Part shown: one piece after another, positions 48,266 to 58,138 of the stretch
Layout: the number at the start of each line of letters is the position of its first letter
Position numbering within the stretch: the stretch's first letter is position 1
Assembly: GCA_038062675.1 (NCBI GenBank)
Contig: JBBTWP010000001.1
Location: 122,059 to 186,058 of the forward strand
DNA: 64,000 nt
Reading direction: 5' to 3'
From: Patescibacteria group bacterium
GTDB lineage: Bacteria > Patescibacteriota > Minisyncoccia > Phycocordibacterales > UBA1550
Notes under the pieces: generated by a model
What the model was told of the DNA's origin: nothing
Databases searched by the model: none
Seen by the model: only the letters and a program-made list of their open reading frames with translations
Made by a program: the position numbers and the translations under genes

Positions 48266-48910
48266 CTACTTGAAGAATTCTTTGGTACTAAGAATGTTAT
48301 TTTGAATAATTTTATAGCATTCTTCCCCGAGTGGTTTTTTCTCAAGATACCAAGCAAGTGCACCAGAAACCCAATCTGCAATTTGAATATTAGCATTTGC
48401 AGTAGAATCGATCATCTGAATATCAACAAACGTTCCAGGTGAGCAAACAGGGAGAAGCTGGGCTTTCACTGATTCCCTAAAACTATTCCTTGTAAGTCCT
48501 TTAAGGTGTCTATTGTCACAAAAAATATAGAATTCTTTTTCATCTGTTGGTAAATATGTTTTTATAATTTCTGCAATGATTGCCGCGTAGAGCAATCCGC
48601 TTTCCAGCTTGCCTGCATTGTTTCTAAAGTCACTCGGAATGTTTTCCCGTTGTAGATACCCATAACGAATCCTTACATCAAGCTCTGCGATATGCTTAAG
48701 TGTCCGCAATCGTAATGAGTCATCCACGCTCGTAGATGACCACTTTATCTCATTCTGTGTTCGCATTTTTCTTGGAAATCTAGACTGACGCCAAGATTTG
48801 AATGCTTTCTCTGTGCGCCTTTGGTCACCCACAGTGAATGAACCTATTACAAAATATTCTTCATTGTTATGTTTGGTGAATTGACCGCTTTCGTCTAAAA
48901 ATATATACAT
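48266..48910 (-). CDS. DUF3800 family protein (RNase H-like fold)
   Basis: MYIFLDESG, EIK, CD, DS....IQIADWVSG. Confidence 0.9.
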   Translation of the reverse strand: MYIFLDESGQFTKHNNEEYFVIGSFTVGDQRRTEKAFKSWRQSRFPRKMRTQNEIKWSSTSVDDSLRLRTLKHIAELDVRIRYGYLQRENIPSDFRNNAGKLESGLLYAAIIAEIIKTYLPTDEKEFYIFCDNRHLKGLTRNSFRESVKAQLLPVCSPGTFVDIQMIDSTANANIQIADWVSGALAWYLEKKPLGEECYKIIQNNILSTKEFFK

Positions 48911-49209
48911 GCCTGACTATTATAACATGCGAACAAGCAATGTCTTTCGCAGCTGAGCCACTGGATGTTCATAGTAAAAAGAAAACCCGTGTATGGATAT
49001 GCTGATATTCTGCCGTATATGACAACAGAAAGTGAGTAGCCTGTATCCCAAGCATGTGCTGAATGTCGCTCAGCCTGAGCCCAAAACAATCAAGGGGCGT
49101 ACTTACTCACATAAAACAACACCGTGGTATTGAACCATTACGAACCATTGACTTATTGCCTCCGGGGTGGTATTTTTCATACAGGTACATTCTGAAGAGG
49201 GGTGACGTC

Positions 49210-49536
49210 ATGGCACACGGTGGCAGACCTGCGGGGTTGAGTAGTGTTGCGGACAAGATACGACGACTTTTAAAAAGTGGCGAAAGCATTTACTACATTA
49301 CCAGCTCTCTCTCACGAAAAGAGGGTTATGGTGCAAATTGCATTGAGCAACACATGCGGGAGTTTGGATTTGAGACGTTGCTCATTAAACCTGCGCCCGT
49401 GAAGCCGTTTTTTGAACTTTACATAACCGATAACCCGGTTTGTTTTGTATCAAAGGACGGAAAGAAGAAGGAGTGCAATGAGTTGTCTGATTTTCTTGAG
49501 CAGGAATCGGATAGGATCAGAATCTTTAAGAAATAA
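49210..49536 (+). CDS. hypothetical protein
   Basis: TTGACT-17-TATTTT promoter, GAGGGG RBS, terminator at 49576..49611. Confidence 0.65.
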   Translation: MAHGGRPAGLSSVADKIRRLLKSGESIYYITSSLSRKEGYGANCIEQHMREFGFETLLIKPAPVKPFFELYITDNPVCFVSKDGKKKECNELSDFLEQESDRIRIFKK

Positions 49537-49707
49537 AAGGGATTTTTGTGTCACACAACTGGATAGCTACCATAGATACCTGAGCGCTTTGCTATGCGCC
49601 CGGGTATTTTTGTTGGACCCCTGATTCTAGTTGACAAGTTTACTTAATTGGTGTATTATATTAGGCAGAGTGTTACATTCTGTAACACAGTAAACAAGAG
49701 GTGTTCT

Positions 49708-50157
49708 ATGAAAAAAACGGCTTTCTTTTTTATGCTCCTGACGTGCTTGGCCATTTTGGCGAGCCACTCCCAAGGTGCGCAGGCAGCTGATGAGCAGAAA
49801 AATGGCGGTGCGGGTGTTGAGTACCCAGTCTGCAATTTGCTAGATACCCCATCCGTTGCAAAACAGCTTGCTCGTGGGGAGCGACCCAATCCCTATTCGC
49901 CATTTTTGATCGAAGGTGGCATCGGAAGCGAGAGGATTGTGTTTTGTATCCACACAAAAGGGGGTGTCGAGATGCACACATCGGTTGCATTTAATGATGC
50001 GGAGTTCATTACGGACGAAACAAAGGCCGTGCCCATGATTGTTTTTTTGTACAAAGGGGAAACAAAAGGCGGAGACCTTCTTGAAAATATCAGAGACCCC
50101 AATGCGATCATTGTGCGGCTTTCCCAAAAGGACCGGAAGTTGGTTCTAAACCCCTAA
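49708..50157 (+). CDS. secreted hypothetical protein, paralog family B copy 1
   Basis: TTGACA-17-TATTAT, GAGGTG RBS, signal peptide, terminator 50177..50210. Confidence 0.75.
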   Translation: MKKTAFFFMLLTCLAILASHSQGAQAADEQKNGGAGVEYPVCNLLDTPSVAKQLARGERPNPYSPFLIEGGIGSERIVFCIHTKGGVEMHTSVAFNDAEFITDETKAVPMIVFLYKGETKGGDLLENIRDPNAIIVRLSQKDRKLVLNP

Positions 50158-50289
50158 TATTGGGGCGTCACAACTCAGCCGCTGGATCAGTATGATCTAG
50201 CGGCTTTTTTATGGAAACATGGCAGCGCATCCTACATTTGGTATACTGTATATGGGTTAGTCCACAAGTGTCAGAGAGGAGTAACGTCC

Positions 50290-50733
50290 ATGAAAAATCT
50301 CTTGATCAGCGTGGTTGTCAGTTTTTTGATATTAGTTGCACGAAGCGCACACGGAGGAGCGTCTCCCCCCAAAAGCATGGACGAAATGTTTGTCTTCACG
50401 GAAAGCTACTTGATCTGCGAACGACAGGAACACCACGAAGACGGGACCATTGGGCCATCGGAAGCGTTCATTTGGCTAAGCGAGGGGGTTATTGCCTTTT
50501 GCTGGGGGAAAAATGATAGCGAGGAAGTATCTGTTGTTACCACACCTCTTGTGCACGTAAAGATATTACTCGACAACTGGATTATCGACCCAACAGTCAC
50601 CCTTATCTTTGGTGGTAAAAAAGAAATTCCGTTGCAATGGCTTCAGGGATCGTACCCTTTTCATGCTCCGTTGTCGGGTATCGAGCTCCGCGTACCTATC
50701 GAGTATTTTAATGCACTGCATCGTGCAAAATAG
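50290..50733 (+). CDS. secreted hypothetical protein, paralog family B copy 2
   Basis: AGGAG RBS, signal peptide, terminator 50750..50780. Confidence 0.75.
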   Translation: MKNLLISVVVSFLILVARSAHGGASPPKSMDEMFVFTESYLICERQEHHEDGTIGPSEAFIWLSEGVIAFCWGKNDSEEVSVVTTPLVHVKILLDNWIIDPTVTLIFGGKKEIPLQWLQGSYPFHAPLSGIELRVPIEYFNALHRAK

Positions 50734-50888
50734 TTATGTATTGTAAGCCCCGCCGGACCAGTATGATCCGGCGGATTTTTGATTATACGCGGAAAAAAAG
50801 TAGACAAGAAAACATAGTTGCGGTATTATTTCACATAGAATATTGCAGATGCAATAAACAAGAACCTTACGATACGAGGACTTTGATC

Positions 50889-51296
50889 ATGAAAAAGGTG
50901 TTGATGGCAACAGGCATATTGCTAACTGTTTTGGTAGGAGGCGTCAGTGGTGCAGGCATGGAAACAAATGCACTCATTTCTGGGATTCAAGAATACTCAA
51001 TCTGCTCATGGAAGGATTCATCTCCTTTCATTACAGTACAGGGCGAAGAAGTCTCATTTTGCTGGGAGCGACCAGATCTTACCCCTCCGCGATCAATTGT
51101 CACGGCTTCCGCCAAAGACGTAAACTTTGTAATTGATAAAACAAAGGTCATACCAATCGTTAAATTCATATTTGGAGGGAGTCCAGATATTCAACTACTT
51201 TGGGTTACTCGGAAAAATAAGTTTGAAACCTCACCATCAGGAATACAAATCAATATCTCTCCAGAAGATATGGCAGGGATTCAGAGAAAAAAATAG
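50889..51296 (+). CDS. secreted hypothetical protein, paralog family B copy 3
   Basis: GAGG RBS, signal peptide, terminator 51309..51338. Confidence 0.75.
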   Translation: MKKVLMATGILLTVLVGGVSGAGMETNALISGIQEYSICSWKDSSPFITVQGEEVSFCWERPDLTPPRSIVTASAKDVNFVIDKTKVIPIVKFIFGGSPDIQLLWVTRKNKFETSPSGIQINISPEDMAGIQRKK

Positions 51297-51341
51297 TGTT
51301 TACACGAACGCCGAGTCGCAAGACTCGGCGGTTTTTTTGTA

Positions 51342-52550
51342 CTAGAGCTTCAGCGGTTTTCGGCGAAGTGTGCGGTGGTAGGCAATGGCAAAACGGTGGG
51401 CTTCGCTGTTGGCGAGGAGGATGGCGCGTTCGTGGGCGACGCGTATTTTGGCGTCGCCCAAAATCTCGCGTGCGCGGTGGTGTTCGTCTTTGACCACACC
51501 CACCACAGGAATGACATTTCCCCACTCTTTGAGGGCGCGTTCTGCGGTGGCGACTTGCGCTTTTCCTCCGTCGACAACAATCAGCGACGGAAGTAACCAT
51601 TCGGGGTGCCCGAAACGGCGTTCGAGTATTTCATGAAGGGAAGCGTTGTCGTCGTTGGTACTGGTGCGTATTTTAAATTTGCGATATGCGTTTTTGTTGG
51701 GCTCGCCGTCTTCAAGAACAACCATCACTCCTACGGTGTTGGTTCCCGAAATGTGTGCGACATCGTACGCCTCGATGCGCATTGTTTTTTCGCTGGTGAT
51801 CTTCTGCTCAAGATTGTGTTTGAGGAGTGCAATGTCTTGGATGTGGGTCAGCGCAAAGATTGTTCGCTTGAGGCGCGCAGCTTCTTCGAATTTGAGCGCT
51901 TTTGCAGAACGTGTCATGTCGCGCTCGAGACTGCGCACGAGTGTTTTCTTTTTACCTTCAAAAAAGAGTTTGATGCGCGTTATTGTTTGTGCGTATTCGG
52001 CAGGAGTGAGTTTGCCTGCACACACAGCAGGGCAAAGGCCAATTTGTGCATTGAAGCAGGGCTTTCCTTGATTCGGCGTGCATTTGTCACGAAAGGGAAA
52101 AATCTTGCGTACGAGGGTGAGTGCTTCGCGGAGCACCGAGCCTTGAGGAAATGGTCCAAACGCATATTTTATTTCCCCATGCTTTGTTTCGAGCTCCCTC
52201 CCTCGCATGGTGATCACGCGCGGAAATGTTTCTTTGGTGATCACGACAAAGTTGAAACTTTTATTATCTTTTTCTTTGGTGTTGTAGGGTGGCTGATGTT
52301 TCTTGATGAGGTGCGCTTCGAGGATGAGCGCTTCAAGGACAGAGTCGGTAATAATAGTTTCAATACTCGTCGCTCCCTCCACCATGCCAACAATGATGGG
52401 CCCGCGCGTGCTCATGAGGTCACGACGAAAATAGCTCGAGACGCGCGAGTGGAGTGAGGTTGCTTTACCAATATACAAAATAGCGCGTTTGGATCCGCGG
52501 AAAATATAAATACCGGGTGCTGCAGGAAGTTTTTTTTCGAGTTTCTTCAT
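51342..52550 (-). CDS. uvrC: excinuclease ABC subunit C (short form, no C-terminal HhH)
   Basis: GIY-YIG (PGIY..YIGKA), UVR domain, IEAYDVAH, VDGGKAQ, EAHRFA. Confidence 0.93.
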   Translation of the reverse strand: MKKLEKKLPAAPGIYIFRGSKRAILYIGKATSLHSRVSSYFRRDLMSTRGPIIVGMVEGATSIETIITDSVLEALILEAHLIKKHQPPYNTKEKDNKSFNFVVITKETFPRVITMRGRELETKHGEIKYAFGPFPQGSVLREALTLVRKIFPFRDKCTPNQGKPCFNAQIGLCPAVCAGKLTPAEYAQTITRIKLFFEGKKKTLVRSLERDMTRSAKALKFEEAARLKRTIFALTHIQDIALLKHNLEQKITSEKTMRIEAYDVAHISGTNTVGVMVVLEDGEPNKNAYRKFKIRTSTNDDNASLHEILERRFGHPEWLLPSLIVVDGGKAQVATAERALKEWGNVIPVVGVVKDEHHRAREILGDAKIRVAHERAILLANSEAHRFAIAYHRTLRRKPLKL

Positions 52551-52569
52551 AGGAAATTATCAAGCACAG

Positions 52570-52592
52570 TTTCCAAGGGTAACCCTTGGAAA
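52570..52592. repeat. REP-like palindrome, intergenic copy
   Basis: TTTCCAAGGGT-A-ACCCTTGGAAA; 21 bp identical to 62596..62616. Confidence 0.85.
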
Positions 52593-52614
52593 AAATGAGG
52601 CTTGTGGCGTAAGG

Positions 52615-55260
52615 CTATTTTCGTTTGAGGACTTTTTTGAGGTATTTGCCAGTGTAGGAAGCGGGGTTGGCAGCGATTTGTTCAGGGGTACCACGGGCAA
52701 CAATATCTCCCCCACCCTTGCCACCTTCGGGTCCAATATCAAGCACGTAGTCGGCGCTCTTGATAACATCCATGTTGTGTTCAATGAGAAGCACGCTATT
52801 GCCTTTGTCGACGAGTTTGGACAAAATCTCGATGAGCTTGCGCACGTCTTCATAGTGAAGTCCTACGGTAGGTTCATCGAGGAGGTACATGGTGCGTTCG
52901 ACATGGGGACGGTACAACTCAGAAGAAATTTTTACACGTTGTGCTTCCCCGCCAGAGAGTGTGGTTGCAGATTGCCCCAGCTTGAGGTAATGCAGACCCA
53001 CTTCATTCAAAGTTTTCAATCGGTCGTAGATTGCAGGAATGTCCTCAAAAAATGCGAGCGCCTCTTCGACGGTCATCTCGAGTACGTCGTAAATATTTTT
53101 CTTTTTGTAGACAATTTCAAGCGTGTCTTTTTCAAAACGTTTACCCCGACATACGTCGCAGGTTACATACACCGTTGGAAGAAAGTGCATCTCGACGGCA
53201 ATAGTACCGTTGCCTTGGCAAGTCTCACAACGCCCACCTTTTACGTTGAACGAAAAACGGCCCGGTCCCCACCCGCGCAAACGTGCTTCGGCAGTCTCGG
53301 CAAAAATGTCACGAATGAACGTAAACGAGCCGGTGTAGGTCGCTGGGTTTGAACGTGGTGTGCGGCCGATGGGCGACTGGTCGATGAGAACCGTGCGTGA
53401 GAGATACTCGGTGCCGGTGAAGCTCTCACAGTTGAAAATGTCGTTGGTGCGATAGCGATGCTCGAGGCGTGCTTGGAGGTTCTTGTAAATGATTTCGTAC
53501 ATGAGTGTACTTTTTCCCGAGCCTGATACGCCAGTGATGGCAACAAGTTTCCCTAGAGGGATTTCTGCGTTTAGATGTTTGATATTGAATGCAACGCCCT
53601 CTTTGATGCGTAAGTGTCCACGGTCTTCGTCACGGCGTTTCTTGGGAATTTCCACTGCTTTGTCGCCACGTAAATAGTCGAGGGTGAGGGATTTGTATTT
53701 TTTTGGATTGGTGATGAGCTCGTCCAAGTATCCAACGGCAACAACATTGCCCCCGTGCACGCCGGCGCCGGGTCCAATGTCTACAAGGTAGTCTGAGGCA
53801 AAAATAGTGTCTTCGTCGTGCTCGACAATAATAATGGTGTTGCCAAGGTCGCGGAGGTCTTTGAGGGTTTTGATAAGGCGGTCATTGTCGCGTTGATGGA
53901 GGCCGATGGTAGGCTCGTCGAGAACATAAAGTGCTCCCACAAGGCGTGAACCGAGCTGAGACGCAAGGCGAATACGCTGTGCCTCGCCACCCGAGAGTGT
54001 GTTGGCACGGCGGTCGAGAGTGAGGTAGTCGATACCCACGTCGAGCATGAATGACAAACGATTTTGGATTTCTTTCACAACCGGAAGTGAGATGTCCTTG
54101 TCGCGCGGAGAGATTTTGAGTTCGGCAAAAAACTCCGATGCCTGCGCAATCGACATGCGGGAAATATCTACAATGTTCTTGCCGTGTACATACACACTCA
54201 TTGCCTCTTTGCGGAGGCGTGCACCCTCACAGTCGGGACATGGTTCGCTCCCAAAAAAATGTTTACTGCCGAGCCCATTGCAGGCAGGGCATGCACCGTA
54301 GGGCGAGTTGAACGAGAAAAGGCGTGGCTCGATTTCAGGGTAAGAAAAGCCGTCGTTGGGGCAGGCAAAGCGGTTGGACATAATGAAGTCCTTGGTCTCG
54401 ACACCGTCTTTCATGAACACAATGCGCACCAAACTTTCAGATTCGAGGAGTGCGCGCTCAAGGCCCTCCGAGAGGCGTTCACGTCCTTTTGTTTGTGGCG
54501 CCTCGTCTTCGGCAACATCTTTACTCGCAGGAATATTTTTGTCGCGCCCAACGGACTTGCGCGACACGATTCCGCTGAATCGAAAATCCGCAATATTGAT
54601 TTCATCTACCAAAACATCAATCTCATGTTTCTTCGTTTTAGAGAGAACGATTTGTTCACGCAAGTTTTTAATTTCACCGTCGACGCGCACCATGAGATAC
54701 CCTTTGCCGAGGAGGTCGTAGAGGAGCTGGTAGTACTCCCCCTTTCGTCCGCGCACGAGTGGTGCAAAAATACGCACGGTTGTTGCACTCTTTCCTTCGC
54801 CGTTTTTGATCTCTGACAAAATGAAATTCAGAATTTCTTCGTTGCCGAGACGTTTTATTTCTTCACCACACAAGAGACAGTGGGGTTTGCCGATACGCGC
54901 AAACATGACGCGGAGATAGTCGTAGATTTCGGTAATAGTCGCAACCGTTGAGCGCGGATTGGACGAGTGTGATTTTTGGTCGATTGAAATGGCAGGCGAA
55001 AGCCCCGTGATTTCATCCACGTCCGGCTTTTGCATCTGGTTTAGGAATTGACGTGCGTACGCTGAAAGTGACTCAACGTAGCGACGTTGACCCTCGGCAA
55101 AAATGGTGTCGAAGGCAAGCGAAGACTTCCCTGAGCCCGAGAGCCCCGTAAAGACCACCATCTTGTCGCGCGGCATTTCCACACTGATGTTCTTTAGGTT
55201 GTGGGTGCGCGCTCCGCGTACAGTGATGGTGTCGATTCCCTTTTTCTTTGGATTGGTCAT
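52615..55260 (-). CDS. uvrA: excinuclease ABC subunit A
   Basis: GARTHNLKN, two Walker A ([16 protein letters not shown]), two LSGGEAQR, zinc fingers. Confidence 0.98.
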   Translation of the reverse strand: MTNPKKKGIDTITVRGARTHNLKNISVEMPRDKMVVFTGLSGSGKSSLAFDTIFAEGQRRYVESLSAYARQFLNQMQKPDVDEITGLSPAISIDQKSHSSNPRSTVATITEIYDYLRVMFARIGKPHCLLCGEEIKRLGNEEILNFILSEIKNGEGKSATTVRIFAPLVRGRKGEYYQLLYDLLGKGYLMVRVDGEIKNLREQIVLSKTKKHEIDVLVDEINIADFRFSGIVSRKSVGRDKNIPASKDVAEDEAPQTKGRERLSEGLERALLESESLVRIVFMKDGVETKDFIMSNRFACPNDGFSYPEIEPRLFSFNSPYGACPACNGLGSKHFFGSEPCPDCEGARLRKEAMSVYVHGKNIVDISRMSIAQASEFFAELKISPRDKDISLPVVKEIQNRLSFMLDVGIDYLTLDRRANTLSGGEAQRIRLASQLGSRLVGALYVLDEPTIGLHQRDNDRLIKTLKDLRDLGNTIIIVEHDEDTIFASDYLVDIGPGAGVHGGNVVAVGYLDELITNPKKYKSLTLDYLRGDKAVEIPKKRRDEDRGHLRIKEGVAFNIKHLNAEIPLGKLVAITGVSGSGKSTLMYEIIYKNLQARLEHRYRTNDIFNCESFTGTEYLSRTVLIDQSPIGRTPRSNPATYTGSFTFIRDIFAETAEARLRGWGPGRFSFNVKGGRCETCQGNGTIAVEMHFLPTVYVTCDVCRGKRFEKDTLEIVYKKKNIYDVLEMTVEEALAFFEDIPAIYDRLKTLNEVGLHYLKLGQSATTLSGGEAQRVKISSELYRPHVERTMYLLDEPTVGLHYEDVRKLIEILSKLVDKGNSVLLIEHNMDVIKSADYVLDIGPEGGKGGGDIVARGTPEQIAANPASYTGKYLKKVLKRK
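54541..54586 (-). repeat. REP-like element in-frame inside uvrA
   Basis: Reverse complement is 41/46 identical to 26296..26341; encodes [15 protein letters not shown]. Confidence 0.9.
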
Positions 55261-55403
55261 GATGTAATATGGCCCTCAATTTGACAAAAAGTCATAGAAG
55301 TTCCTTTATACTAGCAGGTTTTTGGATTTCGGCAACCGTGCTCGAAGTTCTCGTTGTGCCTTGAAAAGCCCCTACATGACAAACTGAGTCATGTAGGGGC
55401 ATG

Positions 55404-55577
55404 TTACCGCTTTTGTCGCATCCGCCTGCGAAGAAAACGATTGTTTACGTGTTGATAGTACGGCGATATTTTATATTGTCGTAAAGGAAGAGCAAGAGGT
55501 AAAGGAACAGCGACTATGATCGATGCTGAAATAACAACAGAAAGTAAGGCAGGCATACGATCTTTTGTTGATTTCAT
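55404..55577 (-). CDS. small protein with hydrophobic segment and Arg-rich tail (57 aa)
   Basis: GGAGG RBS before MKSTKDR; hairpin terminator at 55364..55400 directly after the stop. Confidence 0.5.
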   Translation of the reverse strand: MKSTKDRMPALLSVVISASIIVAVPLPLALPLRQYKISPYYQHVNNRFLRRRMRQKR

Positions 55578-55763
55578 GAAAACCTCCCAATGTAGTAATG
55601 CTACGGAGATGTTTTGTTGACACAACGATTTGCTTCTGGTGATTAGGATACGAGAATCGCTGATATTTGTCAATCTTCCGCATGGTATCTTATGAAAGAA
55701 GAGCGTGCTATCATTATCTCTAGCGCTGAATAATAGCATCAGAGTTCCTTACGAGGAGGTATT

Positions 55764-56483
55764 ATGCGAAGCAAAAAAAGCTTGTGGTGGTTTACCATTA
55801 GTCTTATTGTTCTTTGGGTCACAAATGTCCAAGCCAAAGAATCCACCTGTTCACTCGGTCTTGGTGCTGGATATGTAAAAATATCAACGTCAGTCCTCAA
55901 ACTCACCAACCTTGAAAAGAAATTGGCAAAGAGTGATGATGTGAACTATTCACGGAGTGTCGACAACGAAAGCACGGCGCATGAGTTGTCGATCGACTGT
56001 CTGCTTGGCAACAACTTTGGTATACGGGGATCGTATATCGATGGACTGGAATTTTCAGCGACCAACACCATCACTTCCCCAAAGTTTTTTCTTGAATCAC
56101 CAATCGATGAGATTGACGGAATTACAATCCAATCACTCAAAGCGAAAGTCACAAGAAAAATTAGCGGATCCGCGACCGGAGTGTTTGTTTACTATCGTTT
56201 CGATGTCGTTCCTTCGTTTGCTACAGTTTCTGTGGAAGGAGGTTCGTACTATGTTCGAGCCGAAAGTTACTGGAAAGCGAGTCTGGAAAATGTTGATGGT
56301 GAAAAATATTTCACACTCTTGGGTGAAACTGAATATCAACGAGAATATTTCCCCAGCATTGCATTTAGTGGAAACTTAAATTTCACACCGAGTATGGGGC
56401 TATCCGCACACTATATGCCAGTGCCGGGAAAAACAACGAGGATGCTCTTTTTGACTTTCACGTGGAGATTGTGGAGATTGTGA
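55764..56483 (+). CDS. signal-peptide protein resembling an 8-stranded outer-membrane beta-barrel
   Basis: GAGGAGG RBS, VQA| signal, LGLGAGY, FGIRGSY, alternating hydrophobic strands, C-terminal LTFTWRL. Confidence 0.6.
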   Translation: MRSKKSLWWFTISLIVLWVTNVQAKESTCSLGLGAGYVKISTSVLKLTNLEKKLAKSDDVNYSRSVDNESTAHELSIDCLLGNNFGIRGSYIDGLEFSATNTITSPKFFLESPIDEIDGITIQSLKAKVTRKISGSATGVFVYYRFDVVPSFATVSVEGGSYYVRAESYWKASLENVDGEKYFTLLGETEYQREYFPSIAFSGNLNFTPSMGLSAHYMPVPGKTTRMLFLTFTWRLWRL

Positions 56484-56490
56484 GTACAAC

Positions 56491-56527
56491 AAAAAACCAC
56501 CTCGCATGCTTGTGCGCGGTGGTTTTT
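56491..56527. terminator. bidirectional terminator
   Basis: AAAAAACCACC...GGTGGTTTTT between convergent genes. Confidence 0.7.
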
Positions 56528-56530
56528 CTA

Positions 56531-57058
56531 TTATAACGTCTCCCCTTGTTTTTTATCGCGTAGATCAATCGCCTTTTTCATGAAGTATGGCATCATCAAG
56601 GATAATCCCATCACTACAACAACCATGGTAGAAAAAATGCCGAATGACATTGGTGGAGGGGTATCTCCTAAAGGCATAGGTAGGACACCTAGAATAAGTA
56701 AGATGATATTTATAAATACAAAAATAATTATTGCCAAAAAAGCAACCACGGTAAGCGGTATGTCGAGGCAAATAAAATATTTTATATATTCTCGGAATGA
56801 CATTTTCTTCCACGCGAGCATCGCTGGCGCTAAGAAATATACAGCAATTGAAACAAGGGACAATGTCGCATATGCCGTATCGCCTCCTGAAAACGCAAAC
56901 ATCTCAGAAGAATCCGTAACTAAATCTGTATAGGTCATGTACACACCTAGCAGAGCAGAGAGCACAAAGATAACAGCGTACACAATAAATGAAGTATTCC
57001 CCACTTCCCCGCGCACAACCGCCCGCACCATTTCCATTGGATTGATCAATCTTTTCAT
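56531..57058 (-). CDS. 4-TM membrane protein (candidate immunity protein)
   Basis: Four hydrophobic helices; co-oriented downstream of the precursor gene. Confidence 0.7.
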   Translation of the reverse strand: MKRLINPMEMVRAVVRGEVGNTSFIVYAVIFVLSALLGVYMTYTDLVTDSSEMFAFSGGDTAYATLSLVSIAVYFLAPAMLAWKKMSFREYIKYFICLDIPLTVVAFLAIIIFVFINIILLILGVLPMPLGDTPPPMSFGIFSTMVVVVMGLSLMMPYFMKKAIDLRDKKQGETL

Positions 57059-57095
57059 CTGGATAATTTTAATAAAATTTAATTTTAATAATTTT

Positions 57096-57623
57096 CTAAC
57101 TCTCCCGAGGTGAGACCTCGGGAGCTCTGAAATGTTTTAAGACATAAAGATATTTGAAAGTGTAAAATGTGGAAATAGAGCAAAAAACAAGTAAAAGTGA
57201 TGCAAAAAATATTTTGTATATGGTTGACAATATTAAAAATAATTCTTCTTGCCCTAAAACAGTCAAGATTGGAAGGAAAGGAAATGGAATCCAATAAACA
57301 ATTTGATATATAAAAATTAATCCAAAAAACAATTCAATAAAGGTAACTATATTCTTGTTCATAGTAAAATAAAAATTAAACGCATATAAAACTGGTGCTG
57401 TAATCAGAAATAAAAAAATTACAATAAATGCCGTAAAATCAAAAGACCATTGTAGGGGAATTGCCACAAGGAAAAGAACCGTGGACAAAAATAGCAAGTT
57501 TGCAATAGAAAATATTTTTAGAAAAGACGTATTTTTAAATAGATTCATATTTTTAAATCCTAGTACTAATTTTAATATAAAAATTGGCAGGAGACAAGCT
57601 CCTGCCAAAAAGTTAACCACCAA
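57096..57623 (-). CDS. AT-rich multi-TM membrane protein (candidate immunity protein)
   Basis: Very hydrophobic; overlaps precursor stop (alternative ATG at 57548). Confidence 0.6.
   Translation of the reverse strand: MVVNFLAGACLLPIFILKLVLGFKNMNLFKNTSFLKIFSIANLLFLSTVLFLVAIPLQWSFDFTAFIVIFLFLITAPVLYAFNFYFTMNKNIVTFIELFFGLIFIYQIVYWIPFPFLPILTVLGQEELFLILSTIYKIFFASLLLVFCSISTFYTFKYLYVLKHFRAPEVSPRES
57102..57124. repeat. REP-like palindrome forming the end of a gene
   Basis: CTCCCGAGGT-GAG-ACCTCGGGAG; encodes the terminal PEVSPRE. Confidence 0.75.
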
Positions 57624-57942
57624 AAACTGCTACCCATAATCCTGCGGCAGTAACCAGGCTGTTTGGCCAACCTGGACTACTCAGTATTCTAACTACAAGA
57701 GAGGAAACCGGAATGCCGTAAAGAACTGCCGCTGCATACAATACTGGCAAAAACTCCCCCCGCATTTCCCCCGCCATTTCATCCGACATCGGAAGACCGA
57801 TTTTCTCGATTTCGGCGATGGGATTGCTGGCAAGCTCGGTGTTGATGGTGCTTGCGGAAGCAATGGTGGGGACAATTGTCGCGGACAACAGGAACGCGAC
57901 AGCTAAAAACAGTGGTGCAGTAATCTTTCGAACACTCTTCAT
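57613..57942 (-). CDS. candidate bacteriocin/Fap-like precursor: Sec signal + C39-type leader + 47-aa hydrophobic core
   Basis: GGAGG RBS; ASA| signal; leader end PMSDEMAGEMRG; core EFLPVLY...VAVFGG. Confidence 0.75.
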   Translation of the reverse strand: MKSVRKITAPLFLAVAFLLSATIVPTIASASTINTELASNPIAEIEKIGLPMSDEMAGEMRGEFLPVLYAAAVLYGIPVSSLVVRILSSPGWPNSLVTAAGLWVAVFGG

Positions 57943-58012
57943 GCTGACCTCCAAGGTCGTTTGTTGTAATACAAAGAACTACTAGCAACTACGAATCTAT
58001 AGTTACTTGAAG

Positions 58013-58073
58013 AGTATACACGGAGCAGGTCTCAAAATCAATATTGACAGGGGGGGGTAAAGTAAGGTATGAT
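58013..58073. promoter_or_regulatory. back-to-back divergent sigma70 promoters
   Basis: Minus: TTGATT-17-TATACT; plus: TTGACA-18-TATGAT; the -35 boxes form the palindrome TCAATATTGA. Confidence 0.7.
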
Positions 58074-58138
58074 GGCGGAAGTCTTATGAACCACATCTGT
58101 GGTTCATTTTTGCTCTTTGTTAATCAAAAGGAAAAAAC

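Noticed and set aside
51606-54816. Long + strand ORFs (283, 224, 210 aa)
   Set aside because: Antisense shadows of uvrC and uvrA.
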